This document shows positions 1-9,496 of a stretch of DNA of 64,000 nucleotides, in pieces. How positions within the stretch are numbered: position 1 is the first letter of the stretch; every line of letters starts with the position of its first letter. The translations under genes and the position numbers were made by a program. The notes under the pieces were generated by a model. It was not told the origin of the DNA and did not search any database. It was given only the letters and a program-made list of their open reading frames with translations. The stretch is from positions 43,750-107,749 of the forward strand of contig CAZIOU010000002.1 of NCBI GenBank assembly GCA_964540995.1, read 5' to 3'. This DNA comes from an uncultured Gammaproteobacteria bacterium (lineage in GTDB: Bacteria > Patescibacteriota > Patescibacteriia > UBA1558 > 2-01-FULL-52-15).

Positions 1-690
1 TATCAGTTTATTGTCAGGTGATACGGTCACTTGTAGATCTAAACCCTTGGTACCAGAAATCGGCTCGACCAGTTTCAGATTGGAACCGTCAGTGTTGCTG
101 GTGACCAACCATTGATTGTTTGCGCTGTCACCTTTCCAGACTGCAGCGATAGCGGTTCCTGAAGGATCGATAGCGAAACTTTCTAATTCTTTGGGTAACG
201 TAATCTGCTTCTTGGTAGTGAAATCATAGAAAATATTGGAACCATCGGGATATTCTAATATGGCCTGCTGTTTGACTGGCGACCAGGTGACATTGTCAAC
301 ACCAAAAAATATTGGGTCACTGTAGGCCTGACTTTTACCGTCAGCATTGAGCAACATGAACTGCGAACTATTGGGTTGGAAATAGACTACACCACTACCG
401 GTAGGTTTGGGACTGACTACGCTATCGCTACTATAATCAGTAACCTGCGTCAATCCTCCGCTGGCCACGGTGTCGACAGTACCGGTGGTAGGGAAATTAG
501 TCGACGGAGTACTGGTCGTACCGGTTGTCGGTATCTGCCCCGGTGTCACTCCTGGTAGCTGACCAGGCGTATTGGTATTGGTCGTCCCCGGTGTAGTACT
601 CGTGCGGAAAAATAACGCGTACAGACCGAAAGCCAGCAAAAGTATGATGAGAACAAAACTTGCTATTAATCCAATCCTACGAATATTCAT
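1..690 (-). CDS. Membrane-anchored protein with Thr/Pro-rich linker and probable TolB/WD40-like beta-propeller (partial, runs off left edge)
   Basis: Not in ORF track. Manual translation from ATG 690: MNIRRIGLIASFVLIILLLAFGLYALFFRTSTTPGTTNTNTPG...VDNVTWSPVKQQAILEY...VTVSPDNKLI; frame open to the window edge; same strand as the T4SS-like genes. Confidence 0.75.
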   Translation of the reverse strand, partial: MNIRRIGLIASFVLIILLLAFGLYALFFRTSTTPGTTNTNTPGQLPGVTPGQIPTTGTTSTPSTNFPTTGTVDTVASGGLTQVTDYSSDSVVSPKPTGSGVVYFQPNSSQFMLLNADGKSQAYSDPIFFGVDNVTWSPVKQQAILEYPDGSNIFYDFTTKKQITLPKELESFAIDPSGTAIAAVWKGDSANNQWLVTSNTDGSNLKLVEPISGTKGLDLQVTVSPDNKLI

Positions 691-698
691 ACAAATTA

Positions 699-1229
699 TT
701 AATTACTTGTTGTAGCTTGGCTAACGAATCCATCCCACCAGCTCTTCACCGCACTTAATAAGGCATTGAGCGTTATTTTCGGGTCCAGCAATGGCAAAAA
801 GACGATGAAAAAAATTGATATAACGGTCATCAGCATCCAATCAACAAATAACAGCACCCCCACTTCAGTATCTGTTAGCTTATCCTCGCCAACCAAAGGA
901 ATTTTGAAAGGCAATAAATTGCATACAATCAAACGAATATGCATTTCGAAAAAAAGAAAGAAAGCTCCGACCAACGTTAACCCAGTCACGATACGGCGAA
1001 GGTCTCGAAGTGAACGTAATGCTTGGGCAGTATCATCGACAGTCTGAGTCTCCTCTGTATTTTCTTCTGCTTGAGCCGTCATCGCTTCCAGACGACTGCT
1101 TACTTGCTGCAGCTGGAGCTGACGACTATATTCTTCTTGGACTTGCTGGCGTTGATAATACGGATCCTCTGGATAATCGATACCAGGGCGCAGATTGAGA
1201 CCGGCTGGAGTAGGTAAGACGTCAGCCAT
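699..1229 (-). CDS. Hypothetical membrane protein (Gln-rich N-terminus, 2 TM segments), T4SS-like locus
   Basis: ATG 1229 lies 2 nt from the upstream stop; two hydrophobic helices. Confidence 0.7.
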   Translation of the reverse strand: MADVLPTPAGLNLRPGIDYPEDPYYQRQQVQEEYSRQLQLQQVSSRLEAMTAQAEENTEETQTVDDTAQALRSLRDLRRIVTGLTLVGAFFLFFEMHIRLIVCNLLPFKIPLVGEDKLTDTEVGVLLFVDWMLMTVISIFFIVFLPLLDPKITLNALLSAVKSWWDGFVSQATTSN

Positions 1230-1230
1230 A

Positions 1231-1776
1231 CTATTTCTGCAGCCAGTCAGCCGAATCAACTAACCACTGATCCGCTGACTTAATTAATTGTAATTTTAAT
1301 TGTTGGAAATAAGTAGTGGTTTTCAAGCTGGCATCACGCTCACTTCTTTGTAGTGTCAATACAATAGTCGAGGCAGTAGCGGTCTGCTGAGAAGTCTTGA
1401 TACTGACTACCCTACTCTCGACACCTTGGTACTTGTCGCCGGGTTGAGTAGTACCAGCTGATACTACCTGCCGCAGATGATCGGTCATCAGGGGAAATAA
1501 CTGCTTAATATTTTCGTAAGGATTCTGGTTGGAATAGCTACCATAGCGTTCGGCAAAGTTACGCGCAGCCACCACAGCCTCGCCTCCTACTGGCGGCTGG
1601 ATCTGATCACTACCGGTTACCGTGTTGGTTGGCTGATTGGCAGCTCCGGTATTAAGGACTACATCGGGAGGTCTCTGATCGCGCAGTAACCACCATAATC
1701 CTAGACCAAATAACACCGCCATAATGATAGCGCCGATAATAATTGGTCGTTGGTAGCGTGGCCACAAAGCGTTCAT
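1231..1776 (-). CDS. Single-TM protein, possibly VirB8/TcpC-like (NTF2-type fold)
   Basis: N-terminal TM, 'AARNFAERYGSYS' helix, C-terminal 'WLVD' strand; next to VirB4-like gene; fold is inferred. Confidence 0.55.
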   Translation of the reverse strand: MNALWPRYQRPIIIGAIIMAVLFGLGLWWLLRDQRPPDVVLNTGAANQPTNTVTGSDQIQPPVGGEAVVAARNFAERYGSYSNQNPYENIKQLFPLMTDHLRQVVSAGTTQPGDKYQGVESRVVSIKTSQQTATASTIVLTLQRSERDASLKTTTYFQQLKLQLIKSADQWLVDSADWLQK

Positions 1777-1781
1777 GGTTC

Positions 1782-3674
1782 CTAAGAATTACTCAAGGTT
1801 TTGTTAACAGTTTCAGCAAAATCTTTCTTGGCTTGTTCGATCTCCAGCAACTGCTTCGGATCGGACGTGATAAGTTGATCTTCGGTATAGGACGCCATCA
1901 CCTTGATAGCGGCGTGCTTGGCACCGGCGAAGAAGATACCCTCTCCTACTGCACTTTCGAGCAACAAATATTTCTCTCCTTCTGTCAGTAAGAAAGTTTT
2001 CTGAATATTATTGATGGACGCCGGAGATTGCTTGAGCAGCATCTGCATCGATGAGTTCGTTACGATCGCCTGACCATAGGGGGACAACAAAAAGTCATTG
2101 ACATCTTGGGTAATAGTCGTGATGCCCAGATAATATTTGCGACATCGTTTCACCAGAGCGTAGATAAATTTGGCACTATCTTCATGCTGCATCAGCCACC
2201 AGGCCTCATCAATAATCAGGAGACGTTTCTTGACTGAAGAACGAACAATATTCCAGATATAATTGATGATGGTGTAAATTGCGATCGGGCGTAATTCGTC
2301 TTCTAGATCACGGACACTAAATACTACTAGCTGATTATCAATATCAACATTGGTAGGGGCATTAAACAATCCTGAGAACGTACCTTGCGTATATTTCTTA
2401 ATGCGCAAAGCAATGTCCTCTCCTCCCACCATACCCATCAGTACTTCCTCGAAATCGGACATCAATGGCATACTTCTCTGACTCCAATCTGATCCAGGTG
2501 TAATATCTTTCTTGGCATAAGTCTCCAGCAAAGCTCGATCAACGATCGAGTCCTCTTCATTGGTCAGCACTCCTACCATCAAGCGAACCAGACCCTTCAA
2601 GGTAATAACCGCACTGCGCAAGATATCTTCCGGTCGAGCGTCTCCCAGCTTACGTGGCAAGTCAAAAGGATTAAGCTTACTTTCCGCGTTGAGAGATAAA
2701 TTCACGTAGGTGCCTCCAACCGATTCAGATAAGTGCAAATACTCTTTTTCCGGATCAATAATGATAATATCAACGCCTAACATCATACTGCGAAGGACTT
2801 CCAATTTGACGGCGTAGCTTTTGCCAGCACCAGAGGTAGCGAAGACCACTGAATTGGCGTTCTGCAAACTGAATCGATCGAAGATAATCAAGCTGTTATT
2901 GTGTCGGTTAATACCATACATAATTCCGTTGTCGGACGTTAGCTCTGAGGAGACAAATGGGAATGAAGCTGCCGCTGGAGAACTACTCATATTGGCCGTC
3001 ACATAGAGCTCGTCATTACCCAAAGGCAGAGTCGAATTGAAGCCCTGCTCCGACTGATAGAAGGCTCGTCGTGACATCACCAGATGCGCGCCCAACAGAT
3101 TCTCTATCTTATCCGAAGCGCTATCTAAGCCTTCTTTGGTTTCCGAGTAGATCGTGATATAGAGCGCATATTGGAAAAATTTCTCCGTCCCCTGACTTAA
3201 GGAGTCACGTAATGATTCAATATCAGCCAGCGCCGTTTCTTGCACCGGATCACGTGGTGCTCCTTTCTCCCGATCAGATATAATCTGCGCTTCGATGACT
3301 CCAACCTTCTTCTTCAATTGCTTCAGCACGGTCGTACTATCGACGGGATAGAAGAACATCGCAATATCCAAAGGCAAACTATAATTGATAATCGGAGCAA
3401 ACCAACTAATCGTCACATACCGAGGATAGGCAATGACAAAGATCGTTCGAGCAAAAAGTGGTCCCAGTCGTAAATGATTAACATCAACTTGGAAGGACGA
3501 CGGTGCGATGATATCGCGGATGTTAACCACTCCCTGACGGAAAAACTTTTCCGCTTCTAGGACACCAATTTCTTCTTTGTTCTTCTCACGTATCTCCTCT
3601 TCCTGCTGATAGACTGACTTTGGTTGCGTATCAGTGGCAGAATAGGTACGTTTGAGTTCTTTGGGTTCTATCAT
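1782..3674 (-). CDS. virB4: VirB4/TraE-like type IV secretion ATPase
   Basis: Walker A ATSGAGKS, IIDPEKEY, LNPFD, Walker B LLIIDEAW, KRCRKY, ITQDVNDF. Confidence 0.92.
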   Translation of the reverse strand: MIEPKELKRTYSATDTQPKSVYQQEEEIREKNKEEIGVLEAEKFFRQGVVNIRDIIAPSSFQVDVNHLRLGPLFARTIFVIAYPRYVTISWFAPIINYSLPLDIAMFFYPVDSTTVLKQLKKKVGVIEAQIISDREKGAPRDPVQETALADIESLRDSLSQGTEKFFQYALYITIYSETKEGLDSASDKIENLLGAHLVMSRRAFYQSEQGFNSTLPLGNDELYVTANMSSSPAAASFPFVSSELTSDNGIMYGINRHNNSLIIFDRFSLQNANSVVFATSGAGKSYAVKLEVLRSMMLGVDIIIIDPEKEYLHLSESVGGTYVNLSLNAESKLNPFDLPRKLGDARPEDILRSAVITLKGLVRLMVGVLTNEEDSIVDRALLETYAKKDITPGSDWSQRSMPLMSDFEEVLMGMVGGEDIALRIKKYTQGTFSGLFNAPTNVDIDNQLVVFSVRDLEDELRPIAIYTIINYIWNIVRSSVKKRLLIIDEAWWLMQHEDSAKFIYALVKRCRKYYLGITTITQDVNDFLLSPYGQAIVTNSSMQMLLKQSPASINNIQKTFLLTEGEKYLLLESAVGEGIFFAGAKHAAIKVMASYTEDQLITSDPKQLLEIEQAKKDFAETVNKTLSNS

Positions 3675-4348
3675 TGGCTCAACGATAATTGGTTAATATC
3701 TTCCAGTGGCTGACTCTTGGTCATAGTTGGATTATAGCTATTATAGTAGAGCTCAATTAAAGCCTGTGTATCCAGACGTTGTACCTGCAGTCCCATACTC
3801 GTCAGTCCCGAGGAGATGAAAATAGCACGCTTAGTCAGCTCGCGAGAATAGGTATCAAATTTATCGCGTCCCAAGGTAATCCTCCGAGCAGTGGAGAAAG
3901 CATCCATCAGGCGTTCCCAGTATTTACGTTTCAAATCGTGTAATGGATTATAGGAGACAACAACGAAAAACTTCTTACTCATAATGTCTTCCAGTTCCAA
4001 TAATTCGGTGACAAAATTGCGATAATCGGCGGTCTGCAATCGTAATAACTCATTGGTGTGTTCACGTTCAGTCTTGCGTAGACGATCGAGATATTCATCG
4101 ATATTAAGCGGGCGAGATTGCACCACTATTTGCAGTGGCATACTGAGCGAGTTGAGAAAATTGACATAGGAACCAACCATTGCTTCCTGCTCGTCTTCTG
4201 ATTTGAGATCGAAGTTCACCGAGGATACAATCAAGACAGCTCGTACCGTTCCATCACGCATCACTACGACGTCTTCCTTGATCTCGGCAATGTCCAGATA
4301 ATGCTGGGCCGAAGCCAAGGGATTTTTCTTATGATTATTTTTGGCCAT
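3671..4348 (-). CDS. VirB4-associated protein (TraC/TraE N-terminal-like)
   Basis: VSSVNFDLKSEDEQEA...LQIVVQSR motif; between PrgI and VirB4, overlapping both. Confidence 0.7.
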   Translation of the reverse strand: MAKNNHKKNPLASAQHYLDIAEIKEDVVVMRDGTVRAVLIVSSVNFDLKSEDEQEAMVGSYVNFLNSLSMPLQIVVQSRPLNIDEYLDRLRKTEREHTNELLRLQTADYRNFVTELLELEDIMSKKFFVVVSYNPLHDLKRKYWERLMDAFSTARRITLGRDKFDTYSRELTKRAIFISSGLTSMGLQVQRLDTQALIELYYNSYNPTMTKSQPLEDINQLSLSQ

Positions 4349-4793
4349 AAACAGTTTGATTGGTGAAGTTAGCCTGCTCCTCTCCTCGATACGCACCGCC
4401 GGTATCGACGACTAGAGCTAATTCTGACAATTTACGCGGAGTTAGACGAGGTTTAGTTGCATAAGAGTCGTCTATCTTGACCGGCTGTTTCATCGGCTCC
4501 GACACTACATCGTCTTCTTTCTGCCAGACGCGTAAATCCGGTTTACCGAATCGAGATAAAAAATTAAGTATAAAAATGTGCATTGGCGTCCCGTTGATTT
4601 TGAGAAAGGCGAAGCTACCACCGATAGCCAAAATAAAGACAGAAAATAATAGGAACAAATTAAATTCGAACAACTTATAGGTAGCAAAGATAAAGATGCC
4701 AGTCACAATCAAGGTGATAAATTGGCGCGTGGTAATACTGCCAATAATCTTATCTTCGATGTCAATAAATTGTGGCACGATAAATTTACGCAT
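4335..4793 (-). CDS. PrgI family (VirB3-like) membrane protein
   Basis: VPQFIDIEDKIIGSITTRQF start, 2 TM helices, KINGTP. Confidence 0.88.
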   Translation of the reverse strand: MRKFIVPQFIDIEDKIIGSITTRQFITLIVTGIFIFATYKLFEFNLFLLFSVFILAIGGSFAFLKINGTPMHIFILNFLSRFGKPDLRVWQKEDDVVSEPMKQPVKIDDSYATKPRLTPRKLSELALVVDTGGAYRGEEQANFTNQTVYGQK

Positions 4794-4796
4794 AGC

Positions 4797-5930
4797 TTAG
4801 AAGCGTAGCTGTTTATTCAGATCAGTCATAGCTTCAAATTCTTCTGCTGTCAGGTAGGGTTTATTTTCCTTCTGCAATTCCTGGACAACCTGCGACAAAT
4901 TACGACTATGCTCCAAGCCGTGATGACCCATCGTTAGATAAGTTTGATATACCTGACTCGTGCGCCAAGCAGTCATGCCTTGTGCTTTGCGTGCCAGAGA
5001 TTCTTTGGCCAGATTATTGATACGTTGCAGTACTTTGGCGGCCCGCACACGCGGATCAGCATCAAGCTGACGGAATTCGTCAACTGTCATAGCAGCTAAT
5101 TCATCGATCCGACTCATCACTTTGGCAGGACGATTAGCTCGTATCGGTGCGCTAACTTTGATCGGCTCTATAGTGACTGCTCGGCGCACCTTGGGTAATT
5201 CTGAATCGTTAAAGCTAGGCGCTACTGGCTTAGGCGGAAGTATAACCGTCGGTTTGGGGGCTACTACTGGTTTCTCAACCGCTGCTTGTACTACTGGTGG
5301 TTTAACCTCGATTGGCTCCGGCATAACGGGTGATATCTCGTCTGTTTCCATCGTGCGTTCGGCGGATCCGCGGATCACTACACCGTCAGCGGCTTCAATC
5401 TTATCTTTGAGACTTTTAACAATAACCATCACTTTATCAGCCAGACTAGGATCAAATGAGAAGTCCTGAATCAGTAACTCTTTGGTAATAACGAAACTTC
5501 GCACTTGTCGGAAGAAACTTAGTAATAAACTAACAAATTTCTCCTCTTGCTCTGGAGAAAGTTTGACTTTATTCTTTTCGATCAATTTGGCAGCGATTTT
5601 CTCAATACTATATTTTCGCTTCTCAGCTGCCGCCGTCAGATACCCATTAATTTTGGCCATTTCTGCTTCCAAATCCGCTTTATCATCGGGATGAAAATGA
5701 AATTCCGCCACTTCATGCGGTTGTCCGCTGATGGTAGCTGGTAAGAAATGACTATCAACCGCTTGAGAAGCTGGTTGCTGAAAATTAGGCGTTATCACTG
5801 GCGGTGGAGTCGTCTTAGCCGGCGAAGAAACGGCTGCTAGAGCACCGTGTTGCCAAACTTTAAACTGTCCGTCGACATCCTTAACCAAAAAAGATGGATC
5901 CTGGGGAATTATGACTTCAGAATTTGCCAT
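4797..5930 (-). CDS. Hypothetical protein with Pro-rich linker, T4SS-like locus
   Basis: 377 aa ORF, 3-nt gap to prgI; helical C-terminal domain. Confidence 0.7.
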   Translation of the reverse strand: MANSEVIIPQDPSFLVKDVDGQFKVWQHGALAAVSSPAKTTPPPVITPNFQQPASQAVDSHFLPATISGQPHEVAEFHFHPDDKADLEAEMAKINGYLTAAAEKRKYSIEKIAAKLIEKNKVKLSPEQEEKFVSLLLSFFRQVRSFVITKELLIQDFSFDPSLADKVMVIVKSLKDKIEAADGVVIRGSAERTMETDEISPVMPEPIEVKPPVVQAAVEKPVVAPKPTVILPPKPVAPSFNDSELPKVRRAVTIEPIKVSAPIRANRPAKVMSRIDELAAMTVDEFRQLDADPRVRAAKVLQRINNLAKESLARKAQGMTAWRTSQVYQTYLTMGHHGLEHSRNLSQVVQELQKENKPYLTAEEFEAMTDLNKQLRF

Positions 5931-6065
5931 GGGTAGCAAAAATGCTCAAAAAATAATAGCTGTTAACAACTAAATTATACCATAATTATGGCTCCAGCGG
6001 AATCCCATAAGCAACAAAAAAGTTCATCGCAGTGATGAACTTTGTGCACGGATAAAATTCTTAGA

Positions 6066-7271
6066 TCAAGACGTTCTAGTCCAGACAACAATCTCCCGAC
6101 CAACGATTTGTCCTGGTCGATGATAGAGCAAAGTGCCGCGAGTCGACAATTTGGCTGCCAATGATGTCGAAGCGACTTTAGGTTTGACGAAGCTGAAGCC
6201 TAATTGGGCCACTTCATACAGGAGCGGTAAGAATTCTGTCCGCTCTCCGATGAAATAGACTGGCCAGACCATGACGACGCGTCCATCAGACTTCAAAATA
6301 GTACCTAATTGACGGAAGACAGCAAGATACAGCTGCGATAGCTCTCTTTGAATAGTCTGCAAACGTAATCCCGTGACAGCTCCTTGCAATTCTCGTGCTG
6401 GACCCAAATACGGCTCCGTCACTACCACACCTATGGAGTTGGGCGCGAGCCTGGTGGAGAGCTGTTCTGCTGAGATGGTCTGAAATCGGGCTTGAGCATC
6501 TGGATACTGCTGTTGCAACCAAGCCATATTTTTCTCCGCCGCAGCGATAGCTCGCTGATCTCGATCAGTACCCAAGATTGATGTGAAGCCTAGGAGCGTT
6601 GCTTCCTGCGCAACCGTACCGACTCCGCAGAAAGGGTCCAGCAGAGGAGCGTCATTTCCTGCTCCGCTAATATTGATCATCATTTGAGCCACCTTGGGAG
6701 GCAGCATCCCTCGTTCATCATCACGATCCGGTCGCCCATAATCACGGTTGCTATAAGCGGCAAATGGTTGCACAGCACGCGTCAAACCCAAGTAAGTCTG
6801 ACCTTTTTCTGTCACCACGACAAACTCGCGATCCAATAATTTACTTTTGGTTACTGCTACTGAAGATAAAATACCATCATTATTAGCCACCATTCGAGCT
6901 TGCTTGCCATCTGCTTGTAACCGACGTTTCAATTGCAAACCGATCTTCTGCCAGACGCGGACGCTATGAGGTTGAGAATTATAGAGACTATAGCCAAAAA
7001 CAACTTTCTTCTCATCATCAGACGATGGTAATAATGTAAGCAGATCTTCGGGTGTGATAGCATCGGGCCGTGGCAAGGTATGGACCAATTCAGCAATCTT
7101 GATCGTACCACCCAATTGCTTGATCAGATCAAGCGGTTCTACTTTTGCCCGTATAATCAAGGCCTGTGTGCCCAAACTAACAATATCTGACTTTTTGGCC
7201 TTAGTGACAGTCAGTATTTCCTCGGCCGAAAGCGCCGGAGAATGGCCTAAAATGAAGATCCAAGATTTCAT
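6066..7271 (-). CDS. SAM-dependent RNA methyltransferase (Trm11/TrmG10-like)
   Basis: LPPKVAQMMIN, LLDPFCGVGT SAM motif, TEPYLG motif; TATAAT 6 nt before ATG 7271. Confidence 0.8.
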   Translation of the reverse strand: MKSWIFILGHSPALSAEEILTVTKAKKSDIVSLGTQALIIRAKVEPLDLIKQLGGTIKIAELVHTLPRPDAITPEDLLTLLPSSDDEKKVVFGYSLYNSQPHSVRVWQKIGLQLKRRLQADGKQARMVANNDGILSSVAVTKSKLLDREFVVVTEKGQTYLGLTRAVQPFAAYSNRDYGRPDRDDERGMLPPKVAQMMINISGAGNDAPLLDPFCGVGTVAQEATLLGFTSILGTDRDQRAIAAAEKNMAWLQQQYPDAQARFQTISAEQLSTRLAPNSIGVVVTEPYLGPARELQGAVTGLRLQTIQRELSQLYLAVFRQLGTILKSDGRVVMVWPVYFIGERTEFLPLLYEVAQLGFSFVKPKVASTSLAAKLSTRGTLLYHRPGQIVGREIVVWTRTS

Positions 7272-7441
7272 ATTGGCATTATAGCACATGGTTGACAGTA
7301 TAACCTCATTATGGTAATGTTGTGCCACTTAGATTTGTTATTTTGCTTGCTCGTATTACCTCGATCAAGCCTGACAATATAAGTAATCCACATCTCTTTG
7401 ATCAACGTTCAGGTAGCTTCAGTCTTTTTTATAGAGCGAAG

Positions 7442-7480
7442 CCCTGAGCGAAGTCGAGTTTAACTCGACAAGTCGAGGGG
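7442..7480. repeat. REP-like palindrome with an internal second palindrome
   Basis: CCCTGAGCGAA-[GTCGAGTTTAACTCGAC]-AAGTCGAGGGG. Confidence 0.55.
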
Positions 7481-7515
7481 ATCCTTAATCAATCTTTAAG
7501 AATTAAGGTTACATC

Positions 7516-7992
7516 ATGTCACACTATGAACTAACCTATATTCTGACTTCAGCTATTGCTGAGACAGAATATCCGGCTTTGCAGAAAAGCATCGCCGATT
7601 TGATCGTTTCCTTGGGTAAAGGAAGCGTTACCAGTGAGGTCATCCTGGGTAGAAAAAAATTGGCCTATCCTATTAACAAGGAAAAATACGGTCACTACGT
7701 GACGGTAGAATTTGATGCTGAAGCCGAAAGCATCAAGCAGCTGGATACTGAGTTTAAGCTCAACAATGGCTTACTCCGTCATCTAATGATCACCAAGAAG
7801 GTACTTAGCCCAGAACAGCAAGAAGAAGAAGCCTCTCGTCAGGCTAAGGTCAGAGCTCGTAAGGCAGCTGCCAAAAATACTGTCGTCGAGCCAGTAGAGA
7901 AGGAAAAAAAGCCCGAAAAATCCAAACCCAAGATCTCTCTCGATAAGCTCGATGAGAAATTGGATGAATTACTCGGACAAGAAATAAAATAA
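7516..7992 (+). CDS. rpsF: 30S ribosomal protein S6
   Basis: YELTYIL, LGRKKLAYPI, LLRHL; charged C-terminal extension. Confidence 0.97.
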   Translation: MSHYELTYILTSAIAETEYPALQKSIADLIVSLGKGSVTSEVILGRKKLAYPINKEKYGHYVTVEFDAEAESIKQLDTEFKLNNGLLRHLMITKKVLSPEQQEEEASRQAKVRARKAAAKNTVVEPVEKEKKPEKSKPKISLDKLDEKLDELLGQEIK

Positions 7993-8023
7993 TCGAGCTC
8001 AGCTCGACTAAACTTCAAAAAAT

Positions 8024-8479
8024 ATGGATCTCAATCGTGTCATGCTGATCGGAAATGTTGTGCGCGATCCTGAATTACGCACCACCCCGTCCGGCCAGAC
8101 CGTAGCCTCTTTCTCGATCGCTACTAACTTGAGTTGGACCGATAAGAGTGGTCAGAAACAAACCAAGGCCGAATTCCACAATGTCGTGGCTTGGCGTAAA
8201 TTGGCTGATATTATTGGCCAATACGTCAAGAAAGGCAGCAAAGTCTACCTCGAAGGTCGACTGGAGACTCGCTCTTGGGATGACCAAAATGCGATTAAGC
8301 ACTATCGAACCGAAATCGTCTCTGACAATCTAATCATGTTGGATCGAGCTGGTGCACCCAGTGGCGCACCCAGTCCTCGTCCGATGATGAATAATTCCGC
8401 TCCTTCTGCCCCACAGTCTGACGAACCGACCATCAATGTCGATGAGCCAGAAATTAATGTGGAAGACATCCCCTTCTAA
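8024..8479 (+). CDS. ssb: Single-stranded DNA-binding protein
   Basis: LNRVMLIGN...DPELR, EGRLETRSW, C-terminal EDIPF. Confidence 0.98.
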   Translation: MDLNRVMLIGNVVRDPELRTTPSGQTVASFSIATNLSWTDKSGQKQTKAEFHNVVAWRKLADIIGQYVKKGSKVYLEGRLETRSWDDQNAIKHYRTEIVSDNLIMLDRAGAPSGAPSPRPMMNNSAPSAPQSDEPTINVDEPEINVEDIPF

Positions 8480-8594
8480 TTAAATATCTCTGTTACTAGT
8501 TATTTGTTATTTGGGAAGAACCAAGTATCGCCCTAATAACGAGTAACGAATTCGGCCAGAGGCCGAAACGACTCATAAAAGAATAACTAACCTC

Positions 8595-8810
8595 ATGGAA
8601 AAAGAATCCAAGAAATATTGCTTCTTCTGTGTCAATGCTATCTCTAGTATTGATTATAAGAATACACAGATGCTTCAGCGCTTCACTTCTTCCTATGCCA
8701 AGATCGTACCGAAACGTCGAAGTGGCGTCTGCTCCAAACACCAACGCAAATTATCGCTCGCTATCAAACGTGCTCGATTCTTGGCCTTGTTGCCTTATAT
8801 CGCTAAATAA
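8595..8810 (+). CDS. rpsR: 30S ribosomal protein S18 (Zn-binding form)
   Basis: [28 protein letters not shown]. Confidence 0.97.
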   Translation: MEKESKKYCFFCVNAISSIDYKNTQMLQRFTSSYAKIVPKRRSGVCSKHQRKLSLAIKRARFLALLPYIAK

Positions 8811-8815
8811 CTCCC

Positions 8816-9373
8816 ATGCTTGGACTAAGTGAAATCAAATTAGGCACTGTTTTGAGTATTAATAATGAACCGTATCAGGTCGTATTCACTCAACACATCA
8901 AGGTAGCCCGTGGCGGCGCCACCCTACGTACCAAGTTGAAGAATTTGGTCACTGGCTCAACCTTAGAGAAATCCTTCTCTGGGGCTGACAAAGCCGAAGA
9001 AGCCGATCTCAATCGCTCCTCTGCCAACTATCTGTACCAACAGGGAGATAAGGCGGTATTTATGGACAATGAAAACTTCGAACAGTATGAATTTGACCAC
9101 GACATCCTAGGTGAGGGCATGAAATATCTCAAAGAAGGCCAAACCTGCGACGTCTTGATCTATAATGGCCAAGCCGTTACTGTCGCTCTTCCCAAGAAAG
9201 TAACTCTCAAGGTTGTATCCGCTCCTCCTGGAGTAAAAGGTGACACCAGCGGTGGTGCTACCAAGACAGTGACTATGGAAACGGGTCTAGAAATCAAGAC
9301 CCCGCTCTTCATCAAAGAAGGTGAGGACATCGTCATCAATACTGAAACCGGCGATTATGTAGCACGCGCTTAA
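8816..9373 (+). CDS. efp: Translation elongation factor P
   Basis: RTKLKNLVTG, PGVKGDT, METG...PLFIKEGE...TETGDYVARA. Confidence 0.97.
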   Translation: MLGLSEIKLGTVLSINNEPYQVVFTQHIKVARGGATLRTKLKNLVTGSTLEKSFSGADKAEEADLNRSSANYLYQQGDKAVFMDNENFEQYEFDHDILGEGMKYLKEGQTCDVLIYNGQAVTVALPKKVTLKVVSAPPGVKGDTSGGATKTVTMETGLEIKTPLFIKEGEDIVINTETGDYVARA

Positions 9374-9388
9374 ACGCGTGCGGAATAG

Positions 9389-9411
9389 CCTGCCCCGAGC
9401 TTGTCGAGGGG
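9389..9411. repeat. REP-like palindrome with CCTG tail
   Basis: CCTG-CCCC-GAGCTTGTCGA-GGGG; resembles the element at 7442. Confidence 0.55.
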
Positions 9412-9450
9412 TCGCTCGAGCGTAGCGAGAGACTTCAAGTCAAATAGTCA

Positions 9451-9479
9451 AAAAATCCTGACAGCTTGTCAGGATTTTT
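9451..9479. terminator. Bidirectional intrinsic terminator
   Basis: AAAAATCCTGACA-GCT-TGTCAGGATTTTT between convergent genes. Confidence 0.85.
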
Positions 9480-9496
9480 GGTTTATTATTAAACTA

